Part shown: piece by piece, positions 57,382 through 64,000 of the stretch
How positions within the stretch are numbered: the first letter of the stretch is position 1
Layout: the number at the start of each line of letters is the position of its first letter
Sequence record: NC_048053.1
Length of the DNA stretch: 64,000 bases
Strand: one strand, 5' to 3'
The notes under the pieces: generated by a model
What the model was told of the DNA's origin: nothing
The model's database searches: none
What the model saw: only the letters and a program-made list of their open reading frames with translations
Translations under genes and position numbers: made by a program

Positions 57382-60300
57382 TTAAGGCATACCTGACAGT
57401 GGATCTTTCGAACCATAAGTCAGTTCAAAACTGAAACTGTACTGATCACCGAACGGGAAGTCAGCACGATAAACGTAGTACAGCACACCGTCAATCGTAA
57501 CTTCCGCTGCGCCAACAAAGTTGAAATCATCAAACTCCATCGCGCCATCCCACGAACCAGCAAAACCACTCACAGGATCTTTGAAATATCCGTATGCGAG
57601 TCGTGCAGGCCATGCAACATACCAGAAGATTTTGTTTGCTTCCGTAGAAGAACCTTTAGGGATAGTCAGAATCTGAGTTCCCGTTTCAGTCAGATTTTGA
57701 GTAAGCGATTCAAAGAATGCTTTATCGTAACCTGCAAGACTCATCACCTTAGTATGCGTGCCGTAACGCGGGCCATATGCAGTCGGAACATCAGCAGGCA
57801 ACACGTTAATGTTTCGAGTCTGAGTAACAACAGCACCTTCCAAACGATAAACAGCAGTGATACGCACAACAGACGGAGAGGAAACAACAGTCGTAGACAG
57901 AACACCTTTCGAAATCGAAGGAACAGTAGTTCCGCTAACAACAGTGACACTCCATTCAGCATCCTGCGTAACGTCTTTCGAACTTGCATCCGTAAATAAC
58001 GCAATCGCAGTGTAAGGAGTATCGTTACCGCCAACAACATCCGTCGGGCCATTGATGGAAAGACTTTCCGGCAGAACATCAGCTTTATTGCGAATAATAA
58101 CACTCGCCTGATTATTCAATTCACCGTCGCTTGCGCGAAGCAACACTGTTTGATCTTGCGTAACTTGTTTTGCAGTCATCAAGCCAGCAGAATCAATTGT
58201 TGCGTACTCCCCACCTTGCAGAATCAACCACGAAAGATTCGTTATAGGCTGCGTGGTGTTATCCGACATTAAATAATGTGCGGTAAAGTTTCCGGCAGCG
58301 CCTTCGTCAATAGTTGAAGGGCCAACAATTTCGATACGAACTTTTGTTGCCGGATTTCCTTTGGCGACAATAGATTTCGTAGCGTTCTTTGTAATACCGT
58401 TTTCGGTATACGTCGCAGACAGCGAAATATTCACAGAAGGAATATCAATCGCGCCAACAGTGAGACGCCCGGTTGCGCCATCAAAACTTGCGTAACTAGT
58501 TGTCGTCACCATTTTAAATTCATCAGGCTGCACCATTAAAGTGTGACCATCTGAATAGGTTGCGAGTACCGTGTAATCGTGTTGCGAGTTCTGCATCACA
58601 TCGCTATCGCCGAGAATCTGAATCGACGAAAGTGCAACAGTCGGAACAACATTGATTACAGTAATCTGTTTCGTTGCGGAGCGCGTGTATCCTTTATAGG
58701 TATACGTCGCAGTCAACGTGATCACTGTATCTTGCTGAACCTGATTCGCGTTCACCGTTTTACTTACGATGTAAGCGACAGCTACGTTCGAACTTGTGAA
58801 CGTATCCGGATCAACAGTGCGGTTCGTACCAGTGTTCATGATCGCTAAGAAGCGATAGGTACTTGCGCGGCCTTCGATGATCGTGTCAGCGCCCTGAATG
58901 ATAAAATCTTCCATGAATTCTTCGGAAGGCTCTTTCACAATCGTGATAGTTTTCTTCGCATCGATAAACTGATTGTTCGTCGGTGAAGTGTAGCCTGCCT
59001 GCAATTCAACAGAACGGTTCGCTTCTGTTTCTTTTTTCGCAGTTACTTTGTTGCCGCTAATAACGGTATACAAAGAAGGAACCGCGTTAAAGAAATCAGG
59101 AGTTACTTGTTCTTTATCGCCATTCGACCAAACAGCAATAAACGTATACGATGCAGTGCCTGCGCTGTTAATGGAAGAGACACCATTAATTTGCAGTTCC
59201 GTCATACGCTGCGCTTTAATCGTAACCTTTTTGGTTCCGCTATAAACGTTGCCGTTGTATTCGTAAGTAGCTGTCAGAGTAACGATAGTATCAGCGTTGA
59301 TGCGAGCACCTTCGCCAATCATTCCAGTTAGAACCATTGCATTGGAATTATCCACTACAAAATTCGCCGGACTAATCGCAATCAAACCGCCTTTCTTGAA
59401 CACTGCATAAACCGCGTAAGTGTCACGTTCGCGGAAGAACAGAGAATCTTTACCAGCGATAGTAATGGATTCAATTTCATCTTCCGGAATAAACACGTTG
59501 CGAATGTGAAGATCGTAAGTGCCGACAACAATTTTTCCGTACACTGGATCTTTCAGTTTCGCCGTAACTTTCAATACAACATCAGCGCCGAGGTCTGGAG
59601 CGAACACCGTACCATCAGCAGAAATTGTTACGCCAACAACGTTTTCTTCAATCGACCAAATAACGCCAGTCGGATCTTGAACAACGTTGTTTTCCCATTC
59701 AGCAGTTGCCACAAGTTTTACGCTTGTGTTATCGCTCATGTAACTTGCGTTACCGGGAAGACTAATGCGCAGATTCAAAAGTCGCGGAGAAGTCCAGTCA
59801 ACATTGTCCAGACTTGGCTTGCGCCATTCCCCGATGTACTTATGAATATCCATAGGATCACGACCCACAAGGGCAAGAACAGCGCCAGCAACAGGAGTGA
59901 TGGAACTATCCACTTGTGCGTAATCTTTGCTATTGATGCGGATTTTCGTGCGCGGATAATCTGCGTGATCGTGAGAAGTTGGTTCACGTTTATCGCTCAT
60001 TCGAGGATCGGTACTGCTAACAGCAATCGACGCTGTTTGGTTATCTTTTAAAATAACTTTACCGATGCGAGTTGTGCCAGCGATAGGCGTAGAAAGTTCG
60101 CCCGGATCGATTCCCAAATCATACGCGTTTTCCACAACAGTGCGGAAAAACTGCGAAGACTTATAGAGATTCGCGTAATCAGAAATTTCTTCCCATGTAC
60201 CGCGAAACGTTCCATCAGAAACGTGAGAAGTACGAAGCAGAATCTTTTGAAAGTTCGGTGATGCGGGATTGCCATCGACCCACAAAAGATTATACGGCTT

Positions 60301-60465
60301 ATCAGCAAACGAAGGTTCCGTGTAGCTCACAACCATCTGATAGATATCATTCTGGTTATTCGCATACGGTTTAAATTCGAAGTTGATCGGATTACGCGGA
60401 GTTAAGCCGCGCATACGCGCAAGCTGAATATACTTCTTAGCGAAATCCAAAATGTTAGTTGCCAT
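57382..60465 (-). CDS. Ig-repeat virion protein
   Basis: about 7 Ig-like units starting SITIAG/ELQING/FIIQG/SIQILG/IEIVG/LSING; start reassigned to MATNIL. Confidence 0.8.
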   Translation of the reverse strand: MATNILDFAKKYIQLARMRGLTPRNPINFEFKPYANNQNDIYQMVVSYTEPSFADKPYNLLWVDGNPASPNFQKILLRTSHVSDGTFRGTWEEISDYANLYKSSQFFRTVVENAYDLGIDPGELSTPIAGTTRIGKVILKDNQTASIAVSSTDPRMSDKREPTSHDHADYPRTKIRINSKDYAQVDSSITPVAGAVLALVGRDPMDIHKYIGEWRKPSLDNVDWTSPRLLNLRISLPGNASYMSDNTSVKLVATAEWENNVVQDPTGVIWSIEENVVGVTISADGTVFAPDLGADVVLKVTAKLKDPVYGKIVVGTYDLHIRNVFIPEDEIESITIAGKDSLFFRERDTYAVYAVFKKGGLIAISPANFVVDNSNAMVLTGMIGEGARINADTIVTLTATYEYNGNVYSGTKKVTIKAQRMTELQINGVSSINSAGTASYTFIAVWSNGDKEQVTPDFFNAVPSLYTVISGNKVTAKKETEANRSVELQAGYTSPTNNQFIDAKKTITIVKEPSEEFMEDFIIQGADTIIEGRASTYRFLAIMNTGTNRTVDPDTFTSSNVAVAYIVSKTVNANQVQQDTVITLTATYTYKGYTRSATKQITVINVVPTVALSSIQILGDSDVMQNSQHDYTVLATYSDGHTLMVQPDEFKMVTTTSYASFDGATGRLTVGAIDIPSVNISLSATYTENGITKNATKSIVAKGNPATKVRIEIVGPSTIDEGAAGNFTAHYLMSDNTTQPITNLSWLILQGGEYATIDSAGLMTAKQVTQDQTVLLRASDGELNNQASVIIRNKADVLPESLSINGPTDVVGGNDTPYTAIALFTDASSKDVTQDAEWSVTVVSGTTVPSISKGVLSTTVVSSPSVVRITAVYRLEGAVVTQTRNINVLPADVPTAYGPRYGTHTKVMSLAGYDKAFFESLTQNLTETGTQILTIPKGSSTEANKIFWYVAWPARLAYGYFKDPVSGFAGSWDGAMEFDDFNFVGAAEVTIDGVLYYVYRADFPFGDQYSFSFELTYGSKDPLSGMP

Positions 60466-61099
60466 CTTGTGCCTCCAACAGATCAGCAGCATCAATAGCT
60501 GCATATTTGGCAACGCTGGCATCTTCCGCAACGAAAGTTGTTCCCACAGTTCCTTTATCGGCATCAACATTAATCTTACCAGTTGAGTGCTTCAATTCTT
60601 TCGCAGGTTTTTCCGGATGCGTGTGATCTTTTGGAACGCGTGCATCGGTATTGCGCGGATCATTTTCAGAAACAAAAGTTGGACGATCATCGGCGGTTGC
60701 TTTCGTTGTCAAACGAGCAACACCGTAATCATCTTTAGTTGCGTAAGGCAGAGAAGCGCCTGACGGAAGATCTTCTTGTGCGTAATACTGAGGTGCCCAA
60801 AGAGAAGAAACTTCTTTCACTTCTACCCAAGTATGTTTGAAAATTGCAGAAGGATCTTTCGACGTGCGCGTTAACAGCGTGCGATAGTATTTCGTCTTAG
60901 TATCCATGCACAACCAAACAACGTTGAGCGGTAAAGGAATTGCCGTTGGTTCCGAGTCAGAAACGACAAAACTCGCGCTCGTATTCAAAACCGGATTCAC
61001 CTGACGAATAACCTGAGTCAAGCGGGAGGCTTCAAAGTCCGTAACAGCGAGTAATGCAGAAATGATCTGATTGAAGGTAGGCAGCAGAGTTGTTGTCAT
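60455..61099 (-). CDS. virion structural protein (paralog of neighbours' N-terminal domain)
   Basis: LNVVWLCMD...HTWVE...DPRNTDARVPKDHTHPE; start reassigned to MTTTLL. Confidence 0.75.
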   Translation of the reverse strand: MTTTLLPTFNQIISALLAVTDFEASRLTQVIRQVNPVLNTSASFVVSDSEPTAIPLPLNVVWLCMDTKTKYYRTLLTRTSKDPSAIFKHTWVEVKEVSSLWAPQYYAQEDLPSGASLPYATKDDYGVARLTTKATADDRPTFVSENDPRNTDARVPKDHTHPEKPAKELKHSTGKINVDADKGTVGTTFVAEDASVAKYAAIDAADLLEAQDGN

Positions 61100-61722
61100 T
61101 TCAATTCCCCTTCCTTCAATTTGCGCCACGTTACCGTGTCATTCTCAAAAACAAGAATTTGACCAAGTTTCGGTGCCGCCTGATCCTGTACAGGAATGTG
61201 TTCTGCACCGTTCGATTTATTCACGCTGAACATGCTTGCCGGAGTTTCCGGATGCGTATGCTCAAGCGGAGGACGGGCATCAGTTAAAGTCGAATCGCCA
61301 TCCTGAATAACGCGTGCTTCACTTTGCGGATAAGAAAGATATCCAACACCGTGCGTTAAGACAGTTGCGACCGGAGCGAGTTGACCAGCAACAACACCAA
61401 TATCATTAGGTGAGTAGTGTTGTTCTTCCATTGCGTCGTCATAAAAATACAATTCCGTCCAAACATCGTTGTAAGGATTTGCACTATCATGAGACGTGCG
61501 TTTAAAAGCGCTACGGAAAGTTTCAGACTCTGGATTAAAATCAATCCATACTCCATTTTCCGGCAGCACCACATAACGAGGAACCGAATAGCCACAGAAG
61601 AAAACCAAACCGAGCGAACTCCCTTCCACCGGAAGGCGGAAGAGAATCGGGTTTTTATTCTGACTATGGATGTTCGTTAGAAGCTCAACGTTATTGATAA
61701 ACTTTTCTAACTTTAATTCCAT
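61096..61722 (-). CDS. virion structural protein (paralog)
   Basis: ENGVWIDFNP...DVWTE...LTDARPPLEHTHPE. Confidence 0.75.
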   Translation of the reverse strand: MELKLEKFINNVELLTNIHSQNKNPILFRLPVEGSSLGLVFFCGYSVPRYVVLPENGVWIDFNPESETFRSAFKRTSHDSANPYNDVWTELYFYDDAMEEQHYSPNDIGVVAGQLAPVATVLTHGVGYLSYPQSEARVIQDGDSTLTDARPPLEHTHPETPASMFSVNKSNGAEHIPVQDQAAPKLGQILVFENDTVTWRKLKEGELK

Positions 61723-61743
61723 GAGTCTTCTCCAGAAGAAGAA

Positions 61744-63420
61744 TTAGATCACCGTTGCCGTACTGCCTTTCGGGTTGATGTTGAAACGATAAATCAGGCG
61801 ACGCGTCATGCGAGTCGGATCAAGAACGATATCAATAATCAGATCGCCATTCTCAATCGTTTGATTTGTGTTGTTCGTTTCATCACACACAACTTTATAG
61901 CCAGCAGAACCTGTAGAGCCAGTACGCAGACCGCGACCTAAACGAATTTCTTCTAAGAACTTCTCGATCTTCGCAACGAGAGTATCACGAAGAACACTAT
62001 CGTTAGGATCGAAAAGTCCGGTACGCGCCTGACGGCTTGCAACTTCCAGAATATAACCAACCATACGCTGAATAGGTACTTGCTGGAAAGCGCTGTCAGT
62101 ATTCAGGAGCGTAAACGCTTCCCAAATTGCATAACCGCCACCCAACTGTTCCGGAAGTTTGCGCAGGTAGTTAATCTGTTCACGCGCAAGAGCATCGCGA
62201 GCAGCCTGATCGTAAAGTTGCTTCGAACCATACACCTGTAAATTTTCAGATGCAGTAATACCAGCAGGAGCAAACCAAGTACCGCGATTGTTGTCCGTAG
62301 CGCAATAAGCAGCAGCAACCTGACCAACAAACGGAACCCAAATATAACGCCCGGTATCTTCATCGAACTCTTTGATGTGCGGAGCATACAACGACATATT
62401 TTTTGCGTTGATGTTCAGCGTTTGGCGGCGATAACGAATCGCTTTCGCTACAGTTTGTTCTGATTGCGGAATCGAACCGATAACGTGACAGTTGATGTGA
62501 TTGTTTGCAGCCAACACCATGCCCCGATGGACGATATGATCATCCAGACCGCCAGACACCAAAAGAGTTACGCGCACTTCTTCCGGATCACCGAAATAAT
62601 CCTGATAGGCTTGCGCCATCATATCGGAAGTAATTGCATCGCCATCACTTGCGCCAGCCATAAAAGCAAAATCGCTAGTGAGGAAATCAATATCGTGCGT
62701 GAAATATTCGTTGCGAATAAAACGAATGTTTACGCTTTCATCGCGCAGCGCCGTTTCGAAACGATACTGACGACCCATATCATCAGCGTAATCGTTCAGA
62801 GTACATTGAATCTGTTCGATAGGCGCACTGCCTTGCTGATAGTTTTGGAAAACTTCCACATAGAAAATTTTCGCGTTGTAGAGTTTGCGGTCACGAACGG
62901 CATCCAAACCTTTTGGAACCGCAGGACGAATTTGAACGCTGATTTCATTGTTCCATTCGCCGGGGTTTTCACAAATGATATAACCAATAACGTTATCATT
63001 GAGAACATCATTAGGCAGGAAACCTAGCAGGTTCGGATCGTCAACACCGACAATATTTCCATCAGCATCCACGTAAGGAGTGATACTGATTTTTGGAACT
63101 ACTGCATCAGGATCATCAACAGAAACAACCAGTACCGCATATTTTGCGTTTTTTGTCAGACGCACATAATACAGTTGGTTCGTTTGTTTTGATACTTGAC
63201 GCGCGATGTAAAGACCCAATCCATATTTCGGATCGCGTTTACCGAAAGTATTGCTGAGAACAGAAGGTTCAAGAATCGGAACGCGTTGATTAACGGGGCC
63301 GCGTCTTGCACCACCTACGATCCCAACAATAGACGTTGACAGTGTTACACCTTCACCAGCAGAAAGATCTTTGGTTGCGGTATAAACGCCAGCCGACGTA
63401 TGCGTACTGTTAGTGGGCAT
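61744..63420 (-). CDS. tail sheath protein 2
   Basis: VGIVGGARRGPVNQ...FGK; TWFAPAGI...REQINY...FDPND...CDETNN. Confidence 0.93.
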   Translation of the reverse strand: MPTNSTHTSAGVYTATKDLSAGEGVTLSTSIVGIVGGARRGPVNQRVPILEPSVLSNTFGKRDPKYGLGLYIARQVSKQTNQLYYVRLTKNAKYAVLVVSVDDPDAVVPKISITPYVDADGNIVGVDDPNLLGFLPNDVLNDNVIGYIICENPGEWNNEISVQIRPAVPKGLDAVRDRKLYNAKIFYVEVFQNYQQGSAPIEQIQCTLNDYADDMGRQYRFETALRDESVNIRFIRNEYFTHDIDFLTSDFAFMAGASDGDAITSDMMAQAYQDYFGDPEEVRVTLLVSGGLDDHIVHRGMVLAANNHINCHVIGSIPQSEQTVAKAIRYRRQTLNINAKNMSLYAPHIKEFDEDTGRYIWVPFVGQVAAAYCATDNNRGTWFAPAGITASENLQVYGSKQLYDQAARDALAREQINYLRKLPEQLGGGYAIWEAFTLLNTDSAFQQVPIQRMVGYILEVASRQARTGLFDPNDSVLRDTLVAKIEKFLEEIRLGRGLRTGSTGSAGYKVVCDETNNTNQTIENGDLIIDIVLDPTRMTRRLIYRFNINPKGSTATVI

Positions 63421-63471
63421 CTTCATTTCTCCTTATTAGGACTAATGAAAATTATTGAGATCGCAGTAGAA

Positions 63472-63503
63472 ATGAAAAAGGGCAGCATATTTGCCACCCT
63501 TTT
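63472..63503 (-). terminator. intrinsic terminator
   Basis: AAAAGGGTGGC-AAATAT-GCTGCCCTTTT-TCATTT. Confidence 0.8.
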
Positions 63504-63507
63504 AGGA

Positions 63508-63999
63508 TCATACGTTGATTTGTTTGTAATCCGGATTGATTTCAGGATAAAACGTATCAAAAGTTTTTCGAGACATAACACAACCAGCAGCATTAACGTG
63601 ACCGTCACCGCCAAAGCTGTTTGCCACTGAACGCGCACTGATTGGACTATCTGCATCGCTTCGCACGCTACAGAAAACTTTTTCAGGTTCCGCATTATCT
63701 GGAGCGCAACGAACAATCAACACCAGTTTAACGCCGGGATTGTTATCACGAATCCACTGAGCAGCATCGGAACCAATTGCGCGGGATGTGCTCATAATCG
63801 CGTGACGTTGAGCAATGATATCGTTCGGTTCGTAAATCTTTCCGTTTGCTTTGAAAAGTTTTTCGATGTGCTCATTACGTTCTTTAATGCGCTGTTCGCC
63901 AAGAGAAATAATCTCTTCGACATTTCCATTCATCACAATATTGCGAGCGTTTGCAATAGTGCTAGGAACAGAAGAATGCAGCACGCCAGTTTCTTCTTT
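63508..63999 (-). CDS. DHH-family phosphoesterase, C-terminal DHHA1 domain (partial, starts beyond the window)
   Basis: VFCSVRS...ARSVANSFGGDGHVNAAG; frame open to the right edge. Confidence 0.85.
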   Translation of the reverse strand, partial: KEETGVLHSSVPSTIANARNIVMNGNVEEIISLGEQRIKERNEHIEKLFKANGKIYEPNDIIAQRHAIMSTSRAIGSDAAQWIRDNNPGVKLVLIVRCAPDNAEPEKVFCSVRSDADSPISARSVANSFGGDGHVNAAGCVMSRKTFDTFYPEINPDYKQINV

Positions 64000-64000
64000 G

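Noticed and set aside
63423-63716. 97-aa minus-strand ORF
   Set aside because: Overlaps the DHH gene out of frame and runs through its terminator

Overview
A 64-kb segment of a jumbo contractile-tailed (myovirus) phage genome. Essentially every real gene is on the minus strand. It holds most of the virion morphogenesis region: baseplate (gp6/J-like wedge, gp25-like, PAAR tip, gp5-like spike, gp27-like hub, gp53/gp48-like), a tape measure protein with a C-terminal muramidase, tail tube, two distant tail sheath paralogs, major capsid protein, an acidic scaffold, a prohead protease, three collagen-like genes and many Ig-like/fibre proteins. Interspersed are dTMP kinase, an MmcB-like nuclease, a Nudix hydrolase, a GT2-TPR glycosyltransferase, an NAD-dependent DNA ligase and a partial DHH phosphoesterase. 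From memory, gene content and order resemble the 'hairy' jumbo phages of enterobacteria (Erwinia Y3 / Dickeya JA11-like); this is unverified. No terminase, portal, tRNA or CRISPR array was seen. The most unusual signals are: (1) two long ORF-free, hairpin-dense tracts (about 14440-14930 and 15420-16400) with G-U wobble asymmetry favouring minus-strand RNA and a duplicated 33-nt module, flanking a small possible Acb2/Tad1-like gene; (2) a recurrent S-x-S motif (candidate protease site) and a shared ~70-aa domain across head-associated proteins, with the motif also at the ligase N-terminus; (3) a tandem pair of ADP-ribosyltransferase-fold proteins. All calls come from reading motifs by eye; no database search was run.
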